The notes under the pieces were generated by a model that was not told where the DNA came from, ran no database searches, and worked only from the letters and a program-made list of their open reading frames with translations. Of a DNA stretch of 64,000 nt, positions 17,901 through 31,100 are shown in pieces. Location: assembly GCA_023213395.1 (NCBI GenBank), contig CM041465.1, forward strand, positions 56,799,741 to 56,863,740, read 5' to 3'. Position numbers and translations under genes: made by a program. Source of the DNA: Cycas panzhihuaensis. Taxonomy: Eukaryota > Plantae > Cycadophyta. Within the stretch, counting starts at the first letter, position 1; the number at the start of each line of letters is the position of its first letter.

Positions 17901-19321
17901 GCCTCATCCCATATTAACTAGGGCCCCTATGGTACACAAATAGGAGACCAAGTTTAGGGGGACTAAGGACCAGATCCATGTGAGATAATCTGTGGTAACG
18001 ACATCGCTAAATCTCCTAACTCTGACAGACTACGTAGAGGATCCATACCGGGCGATCCATTAGGAGAGTGACGACGAAGGAGGAGAGCTAGGAGATGAGC
18101 CCAATGAGGGTGGAGATGATGATGGTGATGATGGAGGAGATGGAGCAGGGCCATCTAGGGCTGTAAGAGGTGAGGTAGGACCATCATCACTAGTAGGAGG
18201 AGAGAGACCACCACAAGGACCAACAGGCAGAGAGGGGGCTGCAGGTAGATTTCTAGCATTTATTGTGACCATATTAGAAGCAGTAGGTGTAACAAATTGA
18301 GGAATCCAAGGAGAGGAAGGACTAGAGGGAGGAAATACCATAGTAGCCTAGGAGATAGTGTCGGGAGTCGAGGAGGTAGAGATGGTGGCAAAGGGTACTA
18401 TAGTAGAGGAGGAGATCATTTAGGTAGAGGATCCAATCATCCCAAGAGGTAAGACTCTACCTTGACTTCAACTTCCATTTGATCATTCACTACTTCCCTA
18501 AATGACTATATTTATACCTTGATACTTTTATATACACTCTACACTGATATATGATATACATGGTTTGGTAGGAGGTGCTAAGATGGCGAGGTTGCTAGAG
18601 GCAGTAATGTGAGAGCTATTCCCCCAGGTCTACATGGAGGGACATCCTCCCATTCTGGCAAGCGAGGAGCCCCAATCGGTAGGGACACACACAACGATGT
18701 TCACCCCTTTAACTTAGGCTAAAGATATATAGGTGGTAGAGTCCTAGGACCTCCATGTGAAGGTGAGCTAGTTGTAAGGCACCTTAGATGGGATAAAGGT
18801 CAAGAGGGACCAACTGGTGGTAGAGAGGGATGCCCTACAGGGTCAAGTATAGGGACTGGAGGCCTAACTAAGAGGAGTAGGAGGTGACACTGGGAGTAGA
18901 ATCCAGATTGCTATGCTAGAAAAGAGACTTTACAGAGCTTAGAGGGAAAGGGATCACCTCTAGACTAGGTATAACTAGTTGGTCACCAAATAGCCACCAG
19001 GTCATTATGCAATAGGACTCACACGATGACACCGACCTAGTGGAGGCCTAGAGATGAGGGGAGCAAGGCAATGACCTCTTAAAGGTGCTAAAGGAGCTTA
19101 GGCGATAACTCATCTACGCACCTCCATATGGCTTAAAGTACCTACAAACTATGGATAGAAGGCTCCCAGGATCCTCAACGATCATATGCACTACCGTGGC
19201 TGTTCTGTAGGATTATCAGGCATGTCAATTTACTAAGGGTAAGCTAGCATGACCTGGCACCATTGATTGAATCTCCAACAACATTCATCTACCTGTGCAC
19301 AACCTACATACTCTGATACCA

Positions 19322-19646
19322 TGTTAGAAAATGCAACTAAAGTAAACAAGGTCGACAGGATCTTTCACATCAGGCAAATAATAAGCAAGAACAGATACGC
19401 ATAGGACACCATATTATCGTGGGAAACCCTTACAGGTGAAAACCCACAAATGAATAATAATTCATATTATAACAAAATGATATTACATAAATATGGACTT
19501 TGATATATATTTATAGATCTAAAGTGCCAAATATAGTTACAAATATATCCATTAGGTCACCACAATCGAGACTATTCCTCCATATACTTAGGCATAAAAA
19601 TAGGATGCCCATTTTACATTAGGTGGTATGGTCACATTTTTTAATA
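19322..19646 (-). repeat. 5' LTR (inverted)
   Basis: Reverse complement of 21488-21811; followed on its own strand by TGGTATCAGAG. Confidence 0.9.
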
Positions 19647-21487
19647 ATGCATAGCACATTCAACAAATGCCTCTAAAAACACACATACAACTACAACACA
19701 TGCGAGTTTTATATATATTAAAAAAAAAAGATATACATGTTTTTGTTGCACATGTGTTTTTAAGGGTGAAATTGAGGCAAGATTTGGACTTATTTTAAGG
19801 GTGAGTTTGAGACGAGATTTGGTCTTGATTTGGGCAAGTTTTAAGGGCAAAATTGGGTGTGCTTGTAGGGTCAGATGAGGTGTCATGTTACCTCCTTGAA
19901 TATGTTTTACATAAGAGAGGATTGAGGGTGATGATGGGTGAATTTAGGCAAAGATGAGCATGTTTTAGATACTTTTATTGCAACTTAATACAAACTCTAT
20001 TATTGTTTTGAGTGTGGCATTGATCATTGCACAAAATTCATGATTTATATGATGATTCAATGAAATAAATGAGTGTTCTTATTTATGATTACATTCGAGT
20101 TTAGTTTCATCAGATGTGTATGAGGTGATGATGTTCAAAATTTGCTTGTATGATTATCATTTGTGATGGACCATTACTTTGATAGTTGGACTGATGATAG
20201 CATTAGGTTTGTGGTCTGTTTTGATGCTGGTTTAACATGGGTGCATATCTGAACAAGTCTGATGTGGAACTGAAGTAGAGTGCTTGATAAATTTGAAGTG
20301 TGAATGGAAAGGTCAAAGATGAGATGCCTTAAAATTAGTTATGTCTTGTCATGGTATGTACAATTGGCCTGTCAGGTTGCATTGCAGGTGAACATCACGA
20401 TGCAGATGATGAGGTTTGGTGCATGTTTTGGTTTGCCTCCCATGGTTTGATGGAAGAAACTATAGCAGATAGGTGTGGGTACCCCTGTTGTGATTGTTTG
20501 TGGCATATTTTTCTCTTGTGTTATGTTTGGACCAAGTCAGAAGCCTTCTATTTATTTCCTTTAGTGCATTAGTGTGCACACATCTTAGATGAAGATTATA
20601 GCAGCAGGATTGCAAGTGTTTGAAGTGTATCAATTGTTTAGCTTACAAACAGTGTGATCTGCAGGGGAAATGTATGTGATCAGTCTAGATGTTATAGAGT
20701 TGTTGACGTATCATGTTGAGTATCATTTGGTTACAAGTTTTATCCTTTATTGCTTCACTTGTCTGTGATGTTATTCAGTAGGTGTGGAGGTTTGTTTGCC
20801 TAACATTGTGCTTGAGATGGAAGTACGACTTAGTGAGAGATTAATGATGAGGAGTTGTTAGATGATGAGACATGGATTGTAACCCCATGTTTCGTTGATA
20901 GTTGAAGACCTGCAGGAAGATGGAAGATAATGGATCAACATGCTAGTCAAAACTTGAGATAGATACCAATGTTCTAGTAAGTACAGATTCACAATAGAGA
21001 GTTGTATTGAAGCAAATAACCTGGTTGATTTACAAGTTTAAAGACTTGTTGCAGGATCTCTAGTAGGAAGAAGGATTAAGGTATGGTGAGATACTTAGCA
21101 CTAGTCTCTATGTTCATTGGTTTGTTTGATCCTTACTTCAGTGGTTTCAGATAGTTGGGTATTGTATCGTATCGTATCATATCAGTGTTCCTTAACAAAG
21201 ACTTGAAGAGGCGATTCATATGGCTTAAGTGGCTCATCCTCTAGTTTAGTTAGAGGAATAAGTCTGAGTTCAATGGATGAAGTATCAGGTGCAAAGAGAG
21301 TTGTATGGTTGCAGGTCTGTTGGAACATTTCCAAAGAATCGAGCACATATGAGGTATGGCACAGTTACATCCAAGTGATGATTGCTACATCAACGTTCAT
21401 GCATATTGGGTTGAGTAAGGTTATCCTTGAGAGGGGATTTATTCCCAATGATAATCCTTGTTGCCCCACATTTATATTAAGAGGGGA

Positions 21488-21811
21488 TGTTTAAAAATGT
21501 GACCATACCACCTAATGTAAAGTGGGCCTCGTATTTTTATGCCTAAGTATGTTGAGGAATAGTCTCGATTGTGGTGACCTAATGGATATGTTTGTAACTA
21601 TATTTGGCACTTTAGATCTATAAATATAGATCAAAGTCCATATTTATATAATATCATTTTGTCATAATGTGAATTATTATTCATTTGTGTGTTTTCACTC
21701 ACAAGGGTTTCCATAGCAATATGGTGTCCTATGCGTATCTGTTCCTACTTGCTATCTACCCGATGTGAAAGATCTTGTCGACCTTATTTGCTTCAGATGC
21801 ATTTTCTAACA
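21488..21811 (+). repeat. 3' LTR
   Basis: TGTT...AACA termini, preceded by a PPT. Confidence 0.9.
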
Positions 21812-22369
21812 TGCATGTTCCTTGGAAGGAGCATGACATATATGCAAAGGAAGCAATAACTAGGGGTATGGATACCTAAGCAAAAAGGGTCCTTGGTTAG
21901 GAAGCAACTTTGTGCTTGAAAGCAAAGGAGGTTTGCTTATCCACTAGGAAAAGAGGAGATCTCCCTTGAGAGGGAGATAAGAGATCTAATACAATGACAA
22001 AGCCTAAAGGATAGAAGGCCACTCTAAATAATCATCACACCTACAACTAGGGGAAGTAATGATATGCCTAGGGTGGTAGTTTAGGCTTATTTTAGAGTGA
22101 GAGGGGGGTGTGACTATTCTACTTGGAAGTAGAAAGAGTCACCCCATGCATGGAGGTGGATGATGAAGGGTAGGCCTTGTGTGGTTAGGCCTATAGGTAA
22201 AACTGATTTGGTCAGAACCAAATAGATGTGATGGACCTAACGTTCAATAGATCGTATGGTGTGATTGCATCTGAGTAGGACAGGCTCTAGTCCTCAATGA
22301 GGATCTAGAGCATGAAGAAGAAGAACCTCTACAAGCGGCTCGTTGATGCGGATACCTACATAAAGTCAC

Positions 22370-23450
22370 TCAGGGAGGGCAAAAAGGTGGAAGAAATGGT
22401 TGGTTCAGAACTAGCGACTTGGGAGCCAATCTAGAATAAATACAAGAGGGAATATTCGATTGGGGTATCTCCATGGGTGTGCATAAAACTAGGGTGACAT
22501 GCTGAGGGGGCTCATGGCCCTCGTTATTTGACTTGAAATCATCCATGAGGGCTAGGTAACCATAGCTACCTACACCAATAAGGGCAAACCTAACTAGGTT
22601 TGGTTTATGATGAGGCATGGGTTCCATTTGATGAAGATCAGTCTCCTAAAAAAGGGTCCCCATGGAAGGGATAACCTCCTCAAGATTGATAGCTTCATCA
22701 TCGAAGATACCTTGGCATGCTGGATGAGAAGTATGAGATGATGGAGGCTCATGGGTGATAACTTTAACTTGTCCTTCATGGACAAACTTAAGTTACCCCC
22801 AATGTGAGGAGAAAATTACTCCCATTTAGTCGAGCCATGGTTGACCTAATAGGAGGTTGTACTCTACATTGATATCAAGTACAATAACATCAACGCAAAC
22901 GGTCTTCCTTCCTAAGGTGAGTGAAAGGGAGATTGTCCCCAAGGGAGACTTCTTGGTTCCATTATATCATTGGTATTTCCAAGTCATGGACTCGAGAGTC
23001 ACTGCACTTAACTCCTTAACCATTCGTACAAGCATAGCATTAACCAAGGACCCATTATCTACAATGGTCCTCTTTATGATAAAATTAAGGGTGTTAACAG
23101 AAATGATGAATGGATAATACAAAAACTTTTCTCACTCACTAGGAGGAGGGAGATCTTGAGGATCAAATGAGATGATAGGTGGTCCATAAGAGGTGGTGCT
23201 TACAGCACAGACGAGAGCATCTTGTTAACCAAGAGCTTTGAGAAGAAGAGCACGTTGCATGGGGCAACTCTGCAAGACATCCATCATGGATATTCAGGTG
23301 GCTACGGTGTAGAGCTCATCTATGATTGAGAAGGACTTCCCTTTTCCAGTTGGTTGGGGAAGCGCCCTTCAAAAATCATAGTGATCCAGGTAGACAAGAA
23401 TGGTCTTAGGGAGTGGAGGAGTCTCAGAAGACAAGTTATCCATGGGAGGA
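22370..23450 (-). pseudogene. Gypsy aspartic protease and flanking spacer remnant (probably G2)
   Basis: TIVDNGSLVNAML motif at ~23030-23070. Spacer LVRFALIGVGSYGY is homologous to NMVCFALNGVGTYGY at ~56290. Confidence 0.7.
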
Positions 23451-23463
23451 TTTGGCTAAGAAG

Positions 23464-23930
23464 AGAAATAGAGCTATTATACTGCAGCACTAGAGTATAG
23501 AAATAGAGCTATTATACTGCAGCATTAGAGAATAACTTGCTAATATCTTCACTAAAGCTCTTCAAAAGGATAAATTTCAATATCTTAAACAACTACTTAG
23601 AGTTGAAAACAAAAGATAAAATATTAAGAGAGGATATTAGAGAAATATTAATATTCTATCTTTTGTATCTAATGGTCCCTAAGGTAAAGATGAGCGTTAT
23701 GTGTCCAACCTCTCTTTTATGTACTTGTGATACTTGGCCAATATGTTTTAGGCCTTCTATATATACATGATGTATTTATATGAGAGATTTTCCTCTTCTT
23801 ATTAATGAAGTTAATCATTATCCTTTGAATCATTGATTACTTTGATATAAATGTTATAAATGAGACTCAAATTATTCACTTTTAAATGAAATTTCTTTTT
23901 TCTTTCCTTATTAATTAGAAATAGCATTAT
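23464..23930 (+). mobile_element. Copia 3' fragment: RNase H C-terminus, PPT and 3' LTR (starts 23635; end uncertain)
   Basis: LLYCSIRE*LANIFTKALQKDKFQYLKQLLRV, then PPT aagagagga and TATTAG (decayed TGTTAG). 32-bp direct duplication at 23464-23530. Confidence 0.65.
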
Positions 23931-24299
23931 CATCATATCATAAGCCTTTAAGAACATTGAAACGTAGGAAAGTTTTTTTTAAATAAGTAATAAAATATAT
24001 TTTTTATGAGGTTAAGAGCATTTAATCAATTTTACTTATTAAATTCTCTATAATCTGCTATCTAAAATATACTTTGCAACCATTCATTTCAATCATCTCA
24101 AAATTCTCTTTCCAATGCAACTAACAACACCTAATTCTAATATTCCAGTGAAAAGTTATAGTAAAAGATATACTAGTATATCTTAAAAGAGTGTGCAATC
24201 CTTAATAAAATTGATTTTAGATTCTAAAATAAAATTTAATTTAATATATAAATTTTACAATTACAAAATTATTCAATCTAGTTTATTTTGATTTAGAGC

Positions 24300-25658
24300 T
24301 TGTCCCTTTCATGAATAAGCTCCTGGTCACATGACTCCTCCATGTGACCATTGCTAAAGCATTAAGAGGCTAGACAAACTTTAAAACATTATAAAAAATA
24401 ATTAAAATTTTAAAATCACCTAGGAATTTTTTTAATATTTCTAAAAATTTGTATATCTTCATATAATTTCTATGTATTGATGATGTGATATAGTTTCTTC
24501 TATTAATCTCTATTATAGATTCCAAGAATTTATATGTCTTCATATTAAAAATATGTTCGAGCTTTCAATGACTTTCTTTTAGTAATGGCAATGTCAATTC
24601 TTCATCTTTATCCATGGCTTTTCTCTTTTATTTAATAGATTGTGAGTAGTTATTCCTCCTCTATTTGGCATTAGCATGAGACTGTGGGCATAGTGGATTC
24701 CTTCTTTACTTTCTTTGGATTTGCTTCATATGGTCTTTTAACAATGTGATTGATATGGCATCCTCTATTTTTTCATGGCTTCAGATGATCTATATATGTA
24801 GGCTTATTTCTTCAATAGTGTTTCATTACTCTGTTACTATTACTCAAATCTTTTAGGAGATGAGTATTTTATTCATATCCCAGAGTTCTTCTACATCAAG
24901 GATCCAAGAGGAGTGATATATTGCATAAAACTTCCTTCTAATTCATCATTTTAACAAATTAATAGCCTTAAATGCCCTTTCATACCCTTGTATATCTAAA
25001 GGCCTATAAGCTCTTACACTCTATGTGTGATTTGATTGACTATCTCTTACCAAGGGAAGATGATGAAGACTAGGAAAATAAAATAGATTGTTCTTCAAAC
25101 CTCTGTAAAGTTGGAGGAGATCATACCTAAATAAAAATCTATGAGATGCAATGTAAATGTACTCTAATACTAAATTAAAATTTAGAGTATAACATAATAA
25201 AAATATAACATACATATATAATAACTGAATAATCTCATGAGTAATGTACACAAATAAAAGATAAATATGAATGTAAAGTATCAAATAAATAAAGCATGTA
25301 CTAATAAGAATCTTAAGTATTCACCATAAAAGAGACAATAAATTTATATATGGAAAATCCAATGTGAGAAAAACCACAGGAAAAGGTAGAGTTTGGAGTT
25401 CTTTTTTATGATTAAAATAAGTATATCTCTAGGTCTAAGACCTTTCTCAAGTTCTCAAGTGATAGGTATACATATTTATAATAATATCCACCTCATAAGC
25501 AGCTTATAATATCTCTTAAGTCATTTCATCATCTAATAGCATATAATTATGGATAAATGTGCCTTTCGCATATCTCAATGTAGATGATTAATGAGATTTT
25601 ATATATGTCTATCATCATATTATATAGTACATATATGATTAAATCACATATTCCAACA
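24300..25658 (-). mobile_element. Degenerate copia 5' fragment: LTR (~25174-25658), decayed PBS, gag N-terminal remnant
   Basis: LTR begins TGTTGG on minus at 25658 and has the ggaaaatcc...gaaaaaccac motif. actctaatacta at ~25161 resembles gctctgatacca. SWILDVE gag motif at ~24890-24915. Confidence 0.5.
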
Positions 25659-25679
25659 ACCTTAGGGGGGTAGGATAAG

Positions 25680-26620
25680 AGTTAAGACAAGGCCCTGCTT
25701 GAGTTCTTAAAAGGTAGCATGGGTTACTAAGGTCCAAATAAATGGACTCTTCTTCTTAAGGAAACTAGCCAATGATTTGGTAGTTATAATAAAGTTAGTT
25801 AAGAAGCATTACAAGAAACCCAATCACCTAAGAATGAATTATTTTATTTTTGCATTCTTGGTAGGGGCATCTTTAAGATTGTTTTTTCTTTCTCATGATT
25901 GACTTAGATCCTCTTTTAAGAATAAAAAAGCCCAATAATTTTCTAGTTGTGACCATAAATACACACTTGTGTGGATTTAGGTTGATATGAAGTTTTACAA
26001 GAGACCTAAAAGATCATCTATAAACACTTGCATATGTATAATGAGGTAATGGAAAATAAAATTCATGGCTTACTAGTATGTTACACTAATATTTTTTATA
26101 GCAAAAGGCATGCTAACATAGACAAAGATCCCTCAAGGAGTATTAAATATCATCTTGTGGTAGTATTTAGGTGAGATTTAGATTTGATTATATCCCAAGA
26201 ATCTATCCATTAAGGACATAACCTTAAATCCTACTATCCTATTAATAATCTGATCTATGAATGGGATGGGAAAGTTATCTTTAGGGAAAGCATTATCTAT
26301 TTCTCCAAAATTGATATAGATGTGAATAACCCCATTCTTTTTCATAATAAGCATGATATTGAACACCTATTGAGTCTACTTAATTAAAGTGATTAGGTAT
26401 TATGCAAATTTTCTACCTCCATCTTAAATGGATACTAAATATTTGGGATGAATGGGGCATTATTTTTTCCTAACAAGCTTAGTTCTAGGAATTATAATGA
26501 GGTTGTGGGTAATGTTATTGGGGCTTATGCCCTTCATTTCAATGTAATCCCATGCAAAAGTATCCTAGAACTCTCAAAATAATGTCGTATATTATAGTAC
26601 CTTATTAAGAGAGCATTCAA
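25680..26620 (-). pseudogene. Gypsy reverse transcriptase remnant (G1)
   Basis: TFAWDYIEMKGISP...; NAFPKDNFPIPFIDQII...MSLMDRFLGYNQI (ORF 26178-26366). Confidence 0.85.
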
Positions 26621-27423
26621 CTCCAATTTTAATAATCTTATTAAGGGTTAGGGTAATGTCAATGGTTTCTCCCAAAAGGAGGACATTCCTCTCCTCAAAT
26701 GAGGGGTGGCTTGGTCATTAAGTAGGTTTGGGAGAGATTACATTATGATAAGCTTAATAAGAGGTGACCTAATGACAAGGTATTTCAAAAATCCTAACTT
26801 ATGGTGGTTTGGAAGGAGGATGGGGTATTCCCTTACAAAGTGTTCAAGTAATATTCCATTATTCTTGAAATAGTTGATTCTATGGATGGTCTTGGATAGA
26901 ATTGGAGGCTCAAGTTATTTGATAAGTGGGTTTATATACCAATCAAATTTCAACTCAAAATAGTAAGGTGATTCCTCAAATGAATTTAAATATTAACATT
27001 TGAGGTAGGTCAGATATGGCCTTCTAATATGGAGGTTAATAAGAGGACCATATAAGTTTTATTTTAGCTTAGGATCAAAGACATAGGGGCAGCAGTCTGA
27101 TGGGAAAGAAAAGATAGGGGAGAGTCACAAATAATGGACTCATCATGGGAGAAAATTAAGTCAGACTCTTCATCAAAATCATAAATAGGATGGACTTGGT
27201 TTAAATCCAATTGAACAATAACTAGGTTTAGGAAGTCCCACATATGACAAATTATATTAATGGTTCATGGTGGAGAAATGGGGTAGACTTCAATACCTGA
27301 TGAGAACCTACTCTAGGTTAAGGGGTGATCAAGGGCCCTAAGTATATTATCCAAATGGATAACTAGCTAGGGAAATCCCATATGGTAAGTTGCTTAGATG
27401 GTAGATTGAGGGGTAGGTGGGGT

Positions 27424-27714
27424 TGTGGATCTATCCTTTATCTCCATGCACTAAACACAAAGGCAAACATGGGAGCAAGAGAGACTTAAGAGAAAGAAAG
27501 TAGCTCTCACAAAATGAGGAGGTAAGAATGAATCTCCTCCATTGAGCTTTTACTTTTATATTGAGAGAGGGAGCATTAGAGTTAGGTGAAATGAAATTAC
27601 ACATAATGCACATGAAAGTGCATTTTACTTAAGTGATCTAATTTAAAGTTAACTTAAGACCCTTTTTCGAAATAATCAACTAATGTAATGACCTTATGTT
27701 ATTAATCCTTTTCA
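27424..27714 (-). repeat. Copia A 3' LTR
   Basis: About 95% identical to 43577-43874; the terminal ~7 bp differ. Confidence 0.9.
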
Positions 27715-28156
27715 ATCTCCCCCTTAATGGTAGAAGGTCATTTCATCCTATTTTATTCTATCCTATGAGGTCTTTATTTGAGCCTCTTACAAAGCAAACT
27801 ACTATGACACTTTTGTGGAAAACCCTCATGGGGAAGAAAACCCGCAAATTTTTAAAATTTTCTAATCTACTAACCTGGCTCAGGTATCTCTTTAAATGTA
27901 GCCAGATAGCTAATCAGTACAATGAATTTTGTAGCTAAAATCTACTGAGCCTCCATATACCATTTGGTCATCCCCCATGCCCTTTCGGGTTTTCACAAAT
28001 TTTAATTTTCTAAAATGATATAACCCTTATCCTTTTGTACCCACATGGGGTTTTCAAAAATGGGATAGCATAGAGACTTACTCTTGTCCTCCCGTGCCTA
28101 CAAGGGGTTTTCACGAATGAGACAGAGTATGATGGTCCTATTATCATCTCCTTCAA

Positions 28157-31100
28157 TCAGTCAGAGATGTAGGCCCTAAGGACGAGTTGCTTTTGGAACT
28201 ATTCAAACTTCACCCTCTTTAGTGGTTTGGTGAAGATATTGGCCACTCGATCTACTGTGGGGCAGTACTCCAATTGAATTATGCCATCATGAACTAGTTC
28301 TCTAATCCTGTGGACTTTTGTACTTATATGTTTGGTACAATCATGAAATACAGGATTTTTAGCCATCTGGATTGTAGATTAATTATCTATATGTAAGCTA
28401 GTAGAACTTGTTTGGGTGGCATTTAATGTATTCAACAATTTTCTAAGCCATATCACCTCCTTGCTTGTCTCAGAAGCAGCAATGTACTCAGCTTTGGCAG
28501 TTGAGTTTGCAACTATCTTCTGCCATCTGGATCTCCATGATATTGGTGTTGTTCCAAGAAATGTTACATACCTAGATGTAGATCTTCCTATGTCTTTATC
28601 TTCAACAAAGTCTGAGTCTGTGTATGCACAAAGTTTAAATTCTACATTGGGTTCATACAATAGACCATATTTGCTAGCCATCTTTAGGTACCTCAACACT
28701 CGTATTGCAGCTTGCCAATGATTCTACTTAGGATTTGTCATGAATCTTATAAGAATACCAACAGAGTGTGTAATAGCTGGCCTTGTGTTGGTAGTATAGA
28801 TGAGACTACCTACAAGTTGCCTATAGAGTGTTGCATCTGCCTCCCTATTATCACCATCAATTGAGAGTTTAATATTAGGCTCCATAGGTGTATCCACTAT
28901 TCGAGCACCTTCCAACTGAAACTTTGTCAGAAGATCGTTGATATATTTTTCTTGGGAGAGAAAGATTTTGCCATCCTTTTGCGTTACTTCAATTCTCAAG
29001 TAATATTTCATCAACACGAGATTAGATAATTCAAAATTTTTAGCAAGGTCCTTCTTCAGCTGGCTGATTACCTGTTCACTATTCCCCGTTATGAGCATGT
29101 CATCCACAAAGATTAAGAGGTATATGACTTTATCATTTTGGTGCTTGATGAATAATGTTGCATTAATATCTTGATAGTCACAAACCTCATATCTAAGTTA
29201 CCTCATTCTTTTAGATAACTTGGTAAACCAAGCACGAGGGGCTTGCTTTAGGTCATACAAGGACTTTTTGAGGCTACAAACATTATGTTGCTGACTGTTA
29301 ATCTCGTATCCTTCTGGCTGAGCCATGTAAATTTATTCTTTAAGGTCCCCATTGAAAAATACTGTCTTAACATCAAGTTAGTAGATTTTCCAACCCTGTT
29401 GAGCAGCTAAGGCTATAAGAGTTCTGATTCTAGGCCACTTGGTTGTAGGAGCAAAGATTTTAGTGTAGGCGATGCCTTCCCTTTGCGTAAATCCTTTTGC
29501 TACCAACCTCGCCTTGTATTTTTCTAGGGTGCCATCTGATCTATACTTATTTTTGAACACCCATTTATTTTGAACTACCTTTCTTCTAAGTGGTAAATCA
29601 ACAAGCTCCCATGTACCATTCTTAATAAGAGATTGATACTCTTCATTCATGGCATTTCTCCAAGCTGCATGCTTTACAGCTTCTTGGTATGTTAGGGGCT
29701 CTTCATTAAGAGCAAGATGCAATTCTACTGGTTCAAGCTCAATGGAAAGTGATTCATGTATCCTTGCTTTATGGGCACTTCTAGTACCAGTTTTACCTAC
29801 CTCATCTAGTCGCATGTCCTTGTGTAGCTGGTAGGCTTCATGAAAACCTCAAGTTGGGAATGAGGTTTTTATTTCCACAACCTCTTGATCTTCATTTTGA
29901 TCCTAAAAAGGATCATGTGAAACATTTGGCACGAAGGAAGTTGACGATGCTGGAGAAGATGGGCCAGCCACAAATGTTGGAGAAGATGATTCTTCTGCTA
30001 TGGCTTTGCCTTTGTCAACTTGGTTGTTTATAAATGATGGTGTTGGATGTGTACACATTAGCTTAGAGTCACATCTTGTATCCTCCGAGGCTCTATTGTC
30101 AGATTCCAAGATTTTGAGCAACTATTTAGCATCTCCCCCCCTAAATTTTGGAATCTGGATATCAAATTTAGTGGTATCAATAAATCGATATGAAGGCATC
30201 TTGGAGTCAAGTCTAAGTAATTGATCTTCAATCTCTGTAAAGATAACATCTCTAGTGATGATGATTTAGTGCTCTAAAGGTATAAAAACCTTATATCCCT
30301 TTTTGTCCATAGGGTATCTGACAAAGATGCCTTTGATAGCTCTATCTTAGAGCTTATTTCTATGTTCCTAAAAAATATGAGCATAATAAGTAGAGCCAAA
30401 AATTCTGAAGTGGGAGATAGAGGGGGTTTATCCATACTACATTTTATGTGGAGAGGGGTTGAGCTTGGAGGGACTAACAGTATTGATGCAATACACAGCA
30501 GTCCAGATAGCCTCAACCTAAAGATAGATAGGGACATTCTTATATACCAGCATAGCACGAGCCATATTCATGATGGTCCTATTCATGCGCTCGGCAACTC
30601 CATTTTGTTGGGGTGTACCTGTAACAGTGGTCTGATGTTTGATTCTATGTTGACGTAGGTACGATTTAAACTCATTAGATGTGTACTCGCTACCATTGTC
30701 AGTCCTAAGTATTTTGATCTTGAATCTAGATTCATTTTCCATGCGGGTCTTAAAAGCTTGAAACATAGAAAAAGCTTCATCTTTCTTTGCAAGAAAAGCA
30801 ACCCATACTTTCTTGGTAAAATCATCAATGAAAGTAATATAGTACCACTTCTGTTTGAGAGAAGAGATGGGCATATGACTGTATATATCTGAGTGTACAA
30901 GTTGTAAAGGTTGGCTAGATTTCTACTGACTACAAGGAAAGGGTTGTCTTTGAGATTTAGCAATAATACATGCTTCACATTTAAAGGGCTTAGAGGGGAA
31001 CTTAGGCAAACCAGGAAGAGTGTCTTGTAGTTCTCTTAAATGATCATTTTTGATATGGCCCATATGAGCATACCGTAAAGCTGCTTAGGACAACTTTGAG

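Larger units (their letters stand above)
19251..21811 (+). mobile_element. Non-autonomous copia-derived LTR element (~2.5 kb) with an inverted 5' LTR+PBS
   Basis: LTR copies at 19322-19646 (minus) and 21488-21811 (plus). Met-type PBS at 19311-19321 (minus). PPT aagagggga before 21488. Faint copia RNase H remnants near 21290-21360. TGCAT lies next to both LTR outer ends. Confidence 0.8.

Noticed and set aside
17963-18341. His-rich and Pro/Ser-rich minus-strand ORFs
   Set aside because: Antisense reading of a purine-rich low-complexity tract, more plausibly the tail of the plus-strand PMD ORF; no domain evidence.
19322-21811. DNA transposon or DIRS-like element with 325-bp terminal inverted repeats
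   Set aside because: The repeats have a Met PBS, a PPT and TG..CA ends, and there is no transposase or tyrosine recombinase; an inverted LTR explains it better.
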